Source: Candidatus Kuenenia stuttgartensis
GTDB taxonomy: Bacteria; Planctomycetota; Planctomycetia; Pirellulales; UBA1268
Direction of reading: 5' to 3'
Length of the DNA: 49,853 nt
Assembly (NCBI GenBank): GCA_945883745.1
Contig: CAMCYH010000005.1
Location: forward strand, 1-49,853
The notes under the pieces were generated by a model. The model was not told the DNA's origin, did not search any database, and was given only the letters and a program-made list of their open reading frames with translations. Made by a program: the position numbers and the translations under genes. This document shows positions 1 to 9,334 of the stretch, piece after piece. How positions within the stretch are numbered: the first letter of the stretch is position 1; every line of letters starts with the position of its first letter.

Positions 1-1565
1 CTGCCGCGTGCGCGGCTACTGACCTGCGCCTGCCACACGTGACCGCAGGTCGAGCAGTTCCACCAAACGAGAGCGTGGCTCCACGCCTTCACATCTGTTG
101 GCCGAAGGTCACCATTCCGTGAAGCGTGCCACTCGCAGCAGACCGCAGGAAACACGTCGGCGAATGACTTTCCACGCTGAGGAATACGTCTCTTCCTGGC
201 AGCCTCTATCCTTCCACATGCAACACACCCTCTGCCACTAGTGCGTGTGTTGACCGAGGTTTTCCATTCGCGACCACAAGTTGAGCACCTCCACCATACA
301 GCGACGTTGCTTCCCGGCTTTACGCCAGTCGGAAGTCGGTCGCCATTCCTTACGCTATGCCACTCGGCAGCAATTGCGGGATAAAGATCAGCCAGTGACT
401 CATGCGGTTTAGGTGTAGCCCTTGTCTTCCTCGCAGCAAGAAGGTTGCATTTCACACATCCCGAGCGACCACGCACTACTCGGTTGTTGATCTTTGCGCT
501 CCATGTCCTGTCACAGTGGCTACACCTCCACCACACACGCTTGTTCGATTTCGCAGCAAAGTTTCTTGGTGTGAGAGGATAGTTTTTGGTTAAGCAGAAC
601 TCCGATGCGATCTCCGGATGGATCTGCGCGAGCGAATGCTCCGGAAACGGATCCGGGAGATAGGCAAGGTATTTCCTATAAAGGGCGGCGTTGACGAAAG
701 CGGGTCGTGCTACGTACTTGGCTACACGAATCCTGTCGATACCCTTGGCAATTTTCGCAATCGACAATACAAGTGCATTCATGTCGCTTTTATGGATTTC
801 GCCCCTAGTTTGCGTAACAACATCAACGGGCATCACTCTTTCAAGCGGCCACTCACGCACGCGCACCAGCTGCACACCTGCCGCCGCCAGCGACCTTCCC
901 TTCCGTTTATCGGCCGCATGCTTGGAAGCGTGCCAGTGGTGCCCGTCGTACTCAACGCCTATGTTCAGCTCCTTGACGAAGACGTCGACTTCGAGCCCAG
1001 CAATACGACAACGGGACTCAACGCCGCTAAACAACCAGCTCAACTCTGCGAAAATCCGAATCTCTGGTTCTGATGTTTGATGCGAGCAGCGGGGGCAGCT
1101 ACCGTCGAACTTCACGGACACCGCTACTCGCCTACGCCAAACGTGCTCCCGATGGCGCTTGCACTGCCACCACACGGCTTTGTTGCTGTAGGGCTTCACA
1201 TCGGCTGGGGTCAGCCCCAAGTTTTTTGTTGGATGCCATAGCGATGCCACGTCCGGGCGCTGCTCAAGCAGTGACTCTCCTTTTTTCGGCTGACTGCGTT
1301 TTCTTCCCTTCTCCCGTTTTCCACACTCCGGACAGCCTCGACCTCTAGTCCGGTTATGCACGATGGCTCGCCAGTCGTGTCCACAGTCGCAGCATCGCCA
1401 CCATGCGACAAAACTGCTCCCCTTAGAAATCGTGCTTGGCGTGAAATCTCCGTTTTTGCTGGGGTGCCATTCCCGTGCGATTTGTGGAAAAAGGTGATCT
1501 ATCGACTCCCCGACTCGTGGTGCCTGTGGTGTTCGCGTCGATTTCCGGATACGCCTAGCGCACAT
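1..1565 (-). CDS. Zinc-ribbon repeat (DUF4379/treble-clef-like) protein with a central Vsr/DUF559-like endonuclease domain; 3'-partial, runs off the window
   Basis: Hand-translated from ATG 1565 with no stop to the window edge (>=521 codons); absent from the ORF track. Five repeats of the form S(L/I/F)..(F/Y/H/R)P.(I/V)..(E/L)(W/F)...N....P.......S....WW.C..C/H...W.........G.C..C (fifth cut off). Between repeats 2 and 3 lies SEPEIRIFAEL...LEVDVFVKELNIGVEYDGHHWH...DKRK...LVRVRE. Confidence 0.85.
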   Translation of the reverse strand, partial: MCARRIRKSTRTPQAPRVGESIDHLFPQIAREWHPSKNGDFTPSTISKGSSFVAWWRCCDCGHDWRAIVHNRTRGRGCPECGKREKGRKRSQPKKGESLLEQRPDVASLWHPTKNLGLTPADVKPYSNKAVWWQCKRHREHVWRRRVAVSVKFDGSCPRCSHQTSEPEIRIFAELSWLFSGVESRCRIAGLEVDVFVKELNIGVEYDGHHWHASKHAADKRKGRSLAAAGVQLVRVREWPLERVMPVDVVTQTRGEIHKSDMNALVLSIAKIAKGIDRIRVAKYVARPAFVNAALYRKYLAYLPDPFPEHSLAQIHPEIASEFCLTKNYPLTPRNFAAKSNKRVWWRCSHCDRTWSAKINNRVVRGRSGCVKCNLLAARKTRATPKPHESLADLYPAIAAEWHSVRNGDRLPTGVKPGSNVAVWWRCSTCGREWKTSVNTRTSGRGCVACGRIEAARKRRIPQRGKSFADVFPAVCCEWHASRNGDLRPTDVKAWSHALVWWNCSTCGHVWQAQVSSRARG

Positions 1566-1699
1566 TTTCCACCCGCACACTAACGAAACACAGGCCGTTA
1601 CTGATTTTTTCCAAAGCTATCGCCGACTAATCGGCAGGTGACACCGCCTGCCACGCCACACCAACTCTAATGCGGCTCTACTTAAGCCGCTTCACTGCG

Positions 1700-2068
1700 C
1701 TAGACGGACTGGGATCTGTGAATTTCGATGCGGTCGATATCGCACACCACCAAGAGCGGCGGGTCATCGAGTGATTCGCGGTACAGTTGCAACTGGCGAT
1801 ACGCCGCGCGCAAATCCTTGTGCTTGCCCTTGTACTCCCAACCAAAGAAGTTGCGCTTCCACACATCTGCCCAGCCGTTACCGCCTTCGGCCTTTTCAAC
1901 GCCCCGCTCAAACGTGAACCACTCGCCGGTCGGATCAGCTTCGACCGGTGTGGGGTGGCCCAGCATTCGGCAGAGGTCGATGAAATGCTCCTGGCAAGCC
2001 GCCCGCTCTGCGAGGTCGGCTCGTTTCCATTTAGCGACAAGTAGTTGCGGGGTAACGGCGTGAATCAT
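1700..2068 (-). pseudogene. Truncated MmeI-family (type IIL/IIG restriction-modification) N-terminal nuclease fragment
   Basis: TPQLLVAKWK..LAERAACQEHFIDLCRMLG...GWADVWKRNFFGWEYKG...AYRQLQLYRESLDDPPLLVVCDIDRIEIH matches the N-terminus of MmeI-like enzymes. The frame stops 5 codons later, with no methyltransferase or target-recognition domain. Confidence 0.75.
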
Positions 2069-2247
2069 GGTTGCCGCGAGTTTACGCTCCCCCGAATACG
2101 AGGGGCCATACGGATCGGTAAACCTCGGGCCTTCCGTCGGTTCCTCTGGTCTGGCGACAGGCTGGCGCCTACCCCAGAGAAGGCCTGACTTTACGGCATA
2201 TGCGGAACGACGCCGCCCGTTTTCACTGGGGAAGTTGTGGCGTAGCC

Positions 2248-2952
2248 CTACTTGTTGGCCGCACGATTCGCCGCATCTATGGCCACGGGCCGCTGATCGA
2301 CTTCCTTAGGCGGCGCGGCTTCCTGCGATACCCGGGACGAACCCAGCGCGAAAAGCAGGAGTAGTAGCGGGGTAGCAATGAGAAAAAAGACAAGACCGAT
2401 GTAGGCGCACTTGATCGCCTTTGAACCTTCGGAAATGAGATCCAGAAAGTGATTTACCGCAAGAAACGGAGCCAACAAGACGCGGCCGCAGCGCCGCGCT
2501 GCGGGTACGCCGAAGGCGATGGCATTGTCTCGGATCGTTCGGAAGAACTGAATTACAGCTTCTCGATCCTGATCCCTTTTGGCCTGAATCCGATCTTGGG
2601 CGTAATGCCGAAGCTGCCTGCGGTATTCTCGCTCCTGTCGCATTTCCTCCTCTCGCACGCTATCCGCAAACGCCAACGTGCCTTCAGACAATCCCACAGA
2701 GCCAGCCCAGTTGATAGGTTGCCGGCAGACGCCGCAGATTCGAACACCATCGTCTACGCGATGGCGACAGTGCGGGCATCGCTCCCTTTCATCAAGGAAA
2801 CAAGCTCCGAGTACAGCATGTGGGCCAAAAATCAGCCCTAAGAAAAACCCAGTGATTCCTGCTTTTTTCTGGCTGGCGATGCCTGCGGCGATTATTCCGC
2901 ACGCTATCCAGAAAAATATCGCGACGAACCAAATTTCCTGGCCAGAGGACAT
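2248..2952 (-). CDS. Hypothetical membrane protein with a zinc ribbon (CPHC..CGVC)
   Basis: Two N-terminal hydrophobic segments, CxxC-x10-CxxC, a charged helical stretch and a C-terminal hydrophobic segment. Confidence 0.6.
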   Translation of the reverse strand: MSSGQEIWFVAIFFWIACGIIAAGIASQKKAGITGFFLGLIFGPHAVLGACFLDERERCPHCRHRVDDGVRICGVCRQPINWAGSVGLSEGTLAFADSVREEEMRQEREYRRQLRHYAQDRIQAKRDQDREAVIQFFRTIRDNAIAFGVPAARRCGRVLLAPFLAVNHFLDLISEGSKAIKCAYIGLVFFLIATPLLLLLFALGSSRVSQEAAPPKEVDQRPVAIDAANRAANK

Positions 2953-3295
2953 GCAATCGCATCCTGGAAAGACCCCCGAGCCTATCCTCCGGGATGGGGG
3001 TCTGGCAACTCAGTTGGGGATGGCAAGGCAATCGCGGCTGACCGTCAGGATTGCTGCCACCTAGAGACGGTTGGGCGGAACGCGAATCTGCACCGGCTCG
3101 TGTGATCGCACCGCGCCGGTGCTGCATGAAACTGTACTGGCATGTACTGGATTCATCGCGAGCGATCAGCCGAAATACCGAGAAAACAGGCAGTCTTAGA
3201 AACGGTTTTGCAATCCTTTGCACGACACCCTAGGATGCGGTTTGCGTGGTTTTCTTCGGGGAAAACCGCTGAGTTTTGGCCAATCGGAAGGCGCG

Positions 3296-3337
3296 TTCAT
3301 AAGCCGGGTGTCGCCGGTTCAAGTCCGGCCGCCGCTA
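3296..3337 (+). repeat. 3' half of a CAT-anticodon tRNA (Met/Ile2), att-like duplicated fragment; not a complete tRNA
   Basis: TTCATAA (anticodon loop), GCCGG, GTGTC (variable loop), GCCGG-TTCAAGT-CCGGC (T arm), CGCCGCT-A (acceptor 3' strand plus discriminator). The upstream bases do not form the 5' anticodon stem, D arm or acceptor strand. Confidence 0.8.
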
Positions 3338-3487
3338 GTATCACGACCGAACGACTGTTTCTGGGTCACGCCCCTGGCCTTTGCCCGGCCCCTCGAACTC
3401 GAGGTTGTCGTGCATGGGTATATCGAGTGTGAGTGACGGCAGCCGATACCAAACGGATGCTCACTGGATATGCCAGGTTTCTGGCGA

Positions 3488-3856
3488 TTATTTAGGCAGG
3501 GTACAGCAGGCTTCCGCATCGCCGCCAGCACGAATCACGGCACACACTCCCTCCACAAGCTCAGCCAGCTTGGACGGCGTGAGCGTGCCGGCCGACCTCA
3601 AGATGACCGCCTCATGAACGGTGACGAGTCGGTGGGGAAGAGCCACACTCGGCCTATCGATGCCGCCGCGTAGAAAATCATCGGTGCCGATGGTCACCGC
3701 GGTCGGGTGGGATTCTGATCGACTCGTTATTTGGCAAATCAGCAGGTCGCCCCGTGCGAACGTCGCGAGCACGACGGCGGGCCGACGCTTGCTCGACTGA
3801 AGATCGGTAAACGGAAACGGCACGACGACCACGTCGCCGCCTACAAATTCCGCCAC
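3488..3856 (-). CDS. mazF: PemK/MazF family toxin
   Basis: GDVVVVPFPFTDLQSSKRRPAVVL...LLICQITSR...S.ALPHRL.T, the typical PemK/MazF signature. Confidence 0.9.
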   Translation of the reverse strand: MAEFVGGDVVVVPFPFTDLQSSKRRPAVVLATFARGDLLICQITSRSESHPTAVTIGTDDFLRGGIDRPSVALPHRLVTVHEAVILRSAGTLTPSKLAELVEGVCAVIRAGGDAEACCTLPK

Positions 3857-4053
3857 GCCTCATCCTCTTCGGGGGTATCCCAATCGACCGCCCAGGCTGA
3901 CTCGGCGAGCGGCAGCAGGGCATGCACGTCCTCGTTCCCATCAATGCCAGCGCCACGAGCCCGCAGATGCCGAAGAAAAGCGAGCACTTCCCGCTGCACA
4001 CTCTCCGGGGCGTGCTCGAGTTCCTCGATCAGGGATTTGGTAATGGGTGACAT
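3841..4053 (-). CDS. DUF2281-like antitoxin
   Basis: 70 aa from ATG 4053; LIEELEHAPESVQREVLAFLRHL...LAESAWAVDWDTPEEDEAWRNL. It overlaps the toxin start. Confidence 0.8.
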   Translation of the reverse strand: MSPITKSLIEELEHAPESVQREVLAFLRHLRARGAGIDGNEDVHALLPLAESAWAVDWDTPEEDEAWRNL

Positions 4054-4530
4054 GCTGTAAGTAAGGATAGGTCGGCCAATGGCACTTCGGCAAGCGACGG
4101 CCGAGCGGGGCGGATCATGCGGAGCAACCGCCGGAGCTGATCGGGCTGGATGCGGACCGATCGTGGAGGTGCCGAAAAGCATCTCGAACGACCGCCGCTC
4201 CAATGCCGAGCGGCCGTGAGATCAGGTCGATGCTCGACCCGGCATGCGACATTTCGACGATCTGCGGCAGCATTGCCTCGTATTTCGGCGTGCGGCGCAG
4301 CGGAACCACAACGTCGCGGCGGCCGCGGGCACCACGAACTGGAGAACTTCCGCGGCGTCAAACTCGACGTATTCCGGGAAAATCGCCAGGGTCGCGATGT
4401 CGTACAGCCCCCGGTTATCGTTCAGAAACAGCAGGCCGCCGCTCGTTCGGTCATAATCTGACGTCTACTCGTAGTGCCCTCCGTCCCGCGCATCCGACGA
4501 GTTGACGCCAGAAAAAAATGAGGACGCTGC

Positions 4531-7500
4531 ATGGCCATGGTTTTCAGCCGGTTTCGAGCAGTGTGGCTGGGGGCCGCTCTGATCGTCACTTGTCCGATGC
4601 CCGCGGTGATCGCCGTACCCGCGGGCGAGACACCATCCGCCCCCGAGCCGCCCGTCGTCTCGGCCCGCTCAGATGAACCGGAGAAGGCGCTCGCTGCCTT
4701 CGGCATGCCCGCGGGCATGACGGTGAAACTCTTCGCCGCCGAGCCCGATGTGGCAAACCCCGTGGCCTTCGCCATCGATGAACGGGGCCGCGTGTTCGTC
4801 TGCGAGACTTTCAGGCAGAACCGCGGCGTCAGCGACAACCGCAGCCACACGAGCGAGTGGGTCGATGCCGACCTCGCCTCGCAATCGGTCGAGGACCGGC
4901 AGGCCTATCACCGCCGGCTGCTCGGCGACAAAGCACGCGAATGGGAGATGCAGGACGATCGCGTGCGGCTGCTCGTCGACACGAACCGTGATGGCGTGGC
5001 CGACACGGCGACCGTCTTTGCGGATGGTTTCAACGGGCTCATCGAGGGGACTGCCGCCGGCATCCTCGCACGCCGCGGCGACGTGTTCCTCACCTGTATC
5101 CCGAGCCTCTACCGGTTGCGCGACATCGACGGCGACGGCCGCGGCGATGCCAGTCCGGCCGAGCGAGCCGTGCTCTCGACCGGCTACGGCGCCCGCGTGG
5201 CGTTTCGCGGGCACGACATGCACGGGCTCGTGCTCGGCCCCGATGGTCGGCTGTATTTCACGATCGGCGACCGCGGCTACAGGGTCGAATACAAAGACGA
5301 CAAGGGCGCGACCCACATGGCCCACGATCCCGCCAGCGGCGCGGTCTTTCGCTGTGAGCCCGACGGCTCCGGTTTCGAGGTGTTTGCCACCGGACTCCGC
5401 AATCCCCAGGAGATCGCCTTCGACGACCTTGGCAACCTCTTCACGGTCGACAACAACTCCGATGCCGGCGACAAGGCCCGGCTTGTGCACGTGATGCCCG
5501 GCAGCGACTCCGGCTGGAACATGGCGTTTCAGTATCTCGGCGACCGCGGGCCCTGGCACCGTGAGAAGATCTGGCATCTCGCCAACGCCTCGCAGCCGGC
5601 GGGCCTCGTGCCGCCGCTGGCACACATCGGCGCGGGACCTTCGGGCTTCGCCGCCTATCCCGGCACCGGCCTGCCGGCCCACTTCGACGGCCGATTTCTC
5701 CTCGCCGATTTTCGCGGGGGCCCTGCCGGCAGTTCGGTGCGGAGCTTTCGGCTGCGGCCGAAGGGGGCGAGCTTCGAGCCCTACGACGAGGAGGAGACGT
5801 TCAAGAACCTCCTCGCGACCGACGTCGAGTTTGGCCCGGACGGGGCCGTCTGGGTGAGCGACTGGGTGCAGGGCTGGAACGGCGATGGCAAGGGCCGCCT
5901 CTGGCGTTTTGCGCCCACCGAGCCTCAGCCTGCAGGTGAGGTCGACGTGGCAACGCTCCTGGCGGGCGATTGGTCAGCGCAGGCGTCGCCACGGCTCGCG
6001 CAGCTGTTGGGGCATGCCGATCGGCGTCTGAGGCTGGAGGCGCAGTGGGAGCTGGCTCGTCGTGGCGACGCATCGATGTTCGAGTCGATCGTGTCGGATC
6101 AATCACAGCCGCTTCTGGCCCGTGTGCATGCCCTCACAGGACTGTGCCAGATCGCCCGCCGCAGCGATGGCTCAGCGGCACAGAAGCCGCTGGCGGTGAT
6201 CGCTGCCGCGGTCGCCGATCCTGCCTGGGAGATCCGCTCTGTGGCAGCGCGAAACCTGGGCGAGGCATGGGCAGGGAGTGCGGAGACTGCCGCCGGAGTG
6301 GCCGCGGGCAGAGAGGCGTCTCGTGCCGCCCTTCTCGACCGGCTTGCCGACGACAACCTCCATGTGCGGGCTGCTGCTGCCATCGCTCTCGGGCAGTTGG
6401 GCACCGGTTCCGAACTGGCGGTGCAGGCGATCGTTGCCATGGCGGCACGCGACTTGGATGGCGACCATGTCGATCCCCATCTCCGTCATGCGGTCGTGAT
6501 GGGATTCTCCGGCGCACTTGATGCCCCGGCGCGGTCAATGCTCGTGAAGCATGCCTCAGAGGCGGTGCGTCTCGCCGACTGCCTCGCCATGCGGCGGTGT
6601 CGGGACAGTGAGATCGCGCGGCTTCTTGCGGACAGCGATCCTCGGATCGTGCTGGAGGCGGCGCGGGCCATCCACGATCTTCCCATGGAGAATCTCCTGC
6701 CCGCGCTGGCGGCGTGTGCGACGTATCAGCCGCCGCAGGGCACGGTGGACGATGCCTTGGTGCGACGGGTGATTTCCGCCGCGGAAAAGATTGGCACGCC
6801 GGAGGGCGCGAGGCTGCTCACCGTCGTGGCCGCGCGGAGCGATCTGGCCAGCGACCGGCGGGTGGAGGCGATCGATGCCCTGAGGGTCTGGGCAAAGCCG
6901 CCGCAGCGGAACCGCGTTGCCGGATTCTGGCAGTTTCACTCGCTACCGCGGGATCCCGCCGTGGCCCGCGGCGTGCTCGAGGCCGCCCTGCCCGATCTGC
7001 TTGGCTCAAAGCTCGACGAGCCGCTGCGGTTCGCCGTGCTGCAGGCGGCCACCGAACTTGGGATCATGTCGACCGGTTCGATGCTCGTGAACTGGTGCCA
7101 TGACACGACATGCTCGCCGGCCTCGCGGGCCAAGGCGCTGGGTAGCCTGCTGGCGTCCAATCCAGCGGCTGCGGTCGAGGTCGCCGCGACGCTCCGCGAC
7201 GATCCGCAGCCAGCGGTGCGAATGGCGGCGCGAAGCGTTCGCGCGGCGCGGCTGCCCGCGGAGGAGGTCGTGCCCGAACTTGAGGCGGCGATCGGCTCCG
7301 CGGACGTCGCAGAGCGGCAGGCGGCCGTGAGCGTGCTTGCGGAGGTCGACGCACCCTCTGGCGTCGAAGCGGTGAAGCGACTGGCTGCGAAGCTCGATGC
7401 GGGCGGACTCGACCCGACGATCCAGCTGGAGGTGCGTGAGGCCGCGCAGAAACGGCTGGGCCGCGAGGCCGCTGCATCGCCGGCATCCGGGAGCAGCGAG

Positions 7501-7968
7501 GATATGGTCGCCGCGTGGAGCGACACGCTCGAAGGGGGCGATGTCGCGCGAGGCCGAGAGCTATTTTTCACGAGGGGCGAGGTCTCGTGCGTGCGGTGCC
7601 ACTACGCCGAGGGCAAGGGAGGCGATGTCGGGCCGAAGCTCGACGGCATCGCGGCCATGAAACCGAGATCCTATCTGCTCGAAAGCGTCGTGGCTCCCAA
7701 TGCGACGGTGGCCGAGGCCTATCGCACGACGGTGGTCCTTACCGACGAAGGCGTGACCGTGGCGGGGATTCTCGTCTCGGAAGATGCGGAGAGGGTGAGG
7801 CTCAAGACGGCGGACGGCACGATCAAGGATGTCGCGGTGGCATCGATCGACGAGCGGACCAGCGGCCCCAGTTCGATGCCGGCAGACTTGGCCGCCAGGC
7901 TCACCCGCCGAGAACTCCGCGACCTGATCGCGTGGATGGCGAGCCTGACGGCACCGGCCCGGCCTTAA
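4531..7968 (+). CDS. PVC-type heme-binding CxxCH protein (sorbosone-dehydrogenase-like propeller, HEAT repeats, cytochrome c)
   Basis: Signal peptide, FAAEPDVANPVAFAID.RGR, GPDGRLYF, GLRNPQEIAFD, HEAT-like repeats, C-terminal CVRCH...VGPKL...SSMP. Confidence 0.9.
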   Translation: MAMVFSRFRAVWLGAALIVTCPMPAVIAVPAGETPSAPEPPVVSARSDEPEKALAAFGMPAGMTVKLFAAEPDVANPVAFAIDERGRVFVCETFRQNRGVSDNRSHTSEWVDADLASQSVEDRQAYHRRLLGDKAREWEMQDDRVRLLVDTNRDGVADTATVFADGFNGLIEGTAAGILARRGDVFLTCIPSLYRLRDIDGDGRGDASPAERAVLSTGYGARVAFRGHDMHGLVLGPDGRLYFTIGDRGYRVEYKDDKGATHMAHDPASGAVFRCEPDGSGFEVFATGLRNPQEIAFDDLGNLFTVDNNSDAGDKARLVHVMPGSDSGWNMAFQYLGDRGPWHREKIWHLANASQPAGLVPPLAHIGAGPSGFAAYPGTGLPAHFDGRFLLADFRGGPAGSSVRSFRLRPKGASFEPYDEEETFKNLLATDVEFGPDGAVWVSDWVQGWNGDGKGRLWRFAPTEPQPAGEVDVATLLAGDWSAQASPRLAQLLGHADRRLRLEAQWELARRGDASMFESIVSDQSQPLLARVHALTGLCQIARRSDGSAAQKPLAVIAAAVADPAWEIRSVAARNLGEAWAGSAETAAGVAAGREASRAALLDRLADDNLHVRAAAAIALGQLGTGSELAVQAIVAMAARDLDGDHVDPHLRHAVVMGFSGALDAPARSMLVKHASEAVRLADCLAMRRCRDSEIARLLADSDPRIVLEAARAIHDLPMENLLPALAACATYQPPQGTVDDALVRRVISAAEKIGTPEGARLLTVVAARSDLASDRRVEAIDALRVWAKPPQRNRVAGFWQFHSLPRDPAVARGVLEAALPDLLGSKLDEPLRFAVLQAATELGIMSTGSMLVNWCHDTTCSPASRAKALGSLLASNPAAAVEVAATLRDDPQPAVRMAARSVRAARLPAEEVVPELEAAIGSADVAERQAAVSVLAEVDAPSGVEAVKRLAAKLDAGGLDPTIQLEVREAAQKRLGREAAASPASGSSEDMVAAWSDTLEGGDVARGRELFFTRGEVSCVRCHYAEGKGGDVGPKLDGIAAMKPRSYLLESVVAPNATVAEAYRTTVVLTDEGVTVAGILVSEDAERVRLKTADGTIKDVAVASIDERTSGPSSMPADLAARLTRRELRDLIAWMASLTAPARP

Positions 7969-8062
7969 GCACTCGATCGCGTGGCAGTCAGGCAACGGCT
8001 GTTGTTCAGTCACTTCGCCATGAACTCCAAGGAACGAAGCGGCCTGCGGGCACGGGTGCGGG

Positions 8063-9334
8063 TCAGTACTTCGGGAAGATGACCGGGGTCGGGAAACGGT
8101 CTTCCGGGTTGCTCCCGTCTCCGACGTACTCCTCGCGCGGCAGATTCACCACCGGCCAGCCCGCCGGACGGATGCGGACGACGCGGCCCGGCCGGATGCC
8201 CTCGATGATCAGGTCGGTCTCGAAGCGTATCTGGATGCCGCTGCTGCCGAGCGGGATATCACCGGCTGCCTGCGCGACGTCGAGGATGACACCCTTCGAG
8301 GCCATGTGGGCGGGGCCGTAGCTGCCGCCCGCGTGCTTGAGCGTGTTCTCGACGCCATTCATCGCCGCCTGCCCACCTTTCTGGAAATCGGCGTAGAGCG
8401 TCGGATCCATGCCTCCAAACAGGGTCGCGGTCACGGTCGCCCTGCCAAACTTCCCATACTCGACGGCGTCCACCCAAGCGGGCAGCCACCGGCTGCGGGC
8501 GAAGGCCTTGTGGGTTTCGGTCTGGCTCTCCGAGGCCCGCTGCATCGACGTGTCGTCCAGCCAGATGTCGGAGATATGGAAGCGGGTGAAGATCCCGTCC
8601 GGGGTCGGCTTCCAGCTGATGCCAAGCAGAACGGGACACCCCTCGAGCGATTTGTTCCCCTCGGCTGGCCAGGCGTTCTCAGCGACAAGCTCCGCAATCG
8701 ACAACTGCTCGCGGCCCCGCCAGATGCGGGTGGCGGCATCGAAGGTCATGGTCTCTTCGGCAGCCGTGCCATCGCCGCCCTCCTTCGGCTCGCGTCTGGC
8801 GACGATCAAGCCCGCTCGGTTTTTGATAGTCACTTCCTCGAGTTTCCAGACGAGCCCCTCGCGCCGGCAGTAACTGGGCTCGTCTTCCAGCAGCAGCACG
8901 TGATTCTCAGCGGGCGTGATGCCCTTGCCGCTGTAGCCGGAGGTCTTGTCGCGGCTGTCCACCGGCAGCACCGGGACGGCGGAGGTCTTGGGATCGGGGG
9001 GCAGGAAGGCACGCACGTGCATCACCGTGCCGAGCGGGACATCCCGAAGATCTGCAGGCGCGGCGTGGTACCGCACGATGCCGTAGGGCAGCATGGCGAA
9101 CGGGTGCGGCGGATTCCGGAAATACGTTCCTTCACCCTGCACGCGGAGGCTGCCGCGGCGGTTGGCGTGGTCGACGAAGACAAGCTCACCCCGATAGGCA
9201 TGCGCCTCGTTTACGGGCGGAAACCGTCCTGGCTCGGGTCGGAACGGCTCATCGGCCATGTTGACGGTGGCGATCAGCAGGGCGACCGCGAGGCTTGCCG
9301 ACGCGAGCCATCGTCTTCGAGGGCCGGCGTTCAT
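8063..9334 (-). CDS. Exported hypothetical protein, third gene of the DUF1592-DUF1552 operon
   Basis: Signal-peptide-like N-terminus, ATGA overlap with the DUF1552 stop, and GC3-rich coding frame. Confidence 0.75.
   Translation of the reverse strand: MNAGPRRRWLASASLAVALLIATVNMADEPFRPEPGRFPPVNEAHAYRGELVFVDHANRRGSLRVQGEGTYFRNPPHPFAMLPYGIVRYHAAPADLRDVPLGTVMHVRAFLPPDPKTSAVPVLPVDSRDKTSGYSGKGITPAENHVLLLEDEPSYCRREGLVWKLEEVTIKNRAGLIVARREPKEGGDGTAAEETMTFDAATRIWRGREQLSIAELVAENAWPAEGNKSLEGCPVLLGISWKPTPDGIFTRFHISDIWLDDTSMQRASESQTETHKAFARSRWLPAWVDAVEYGKFGRATVTATLFGGMDPTLYADFQKGGQAAMNGVENTLKHAGGSYGPAHMASKGVILDVAQAAGDIPLGSSGIQIRFETDLIIEGIRPGRVVRIRPAGWPVVNLPREEYVGDGSNPEDRFPTPVIFPKY

Larger units (their letters stand above)
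1..3337. mobile_element. Right end of a probable tRNA-integrated genomic island
   Basis: Visibly lower GC than downstream genes, nuclease/RM cargo, and termination at a tRNA 3' fragment. No integrase is inside the window. Confidence 0.6.

Noticed and set aside
402-1583. Plus-strand ORFs 402-593, 618-1073, 691-1080, 1073-1348 and 1356-1583
   Set aside because: These are shadows of the long minus-strand zinc-ribbon nuclease frame and have no recognisable motifs.
3260-3337. Complete tRNA-Met/Ile gene
   Set aside because: There is no 5' acceptor strand or D arm, and GCGCG cannot pair with GCCGG to close the anticodon stem; kept only as an att-like fragment.
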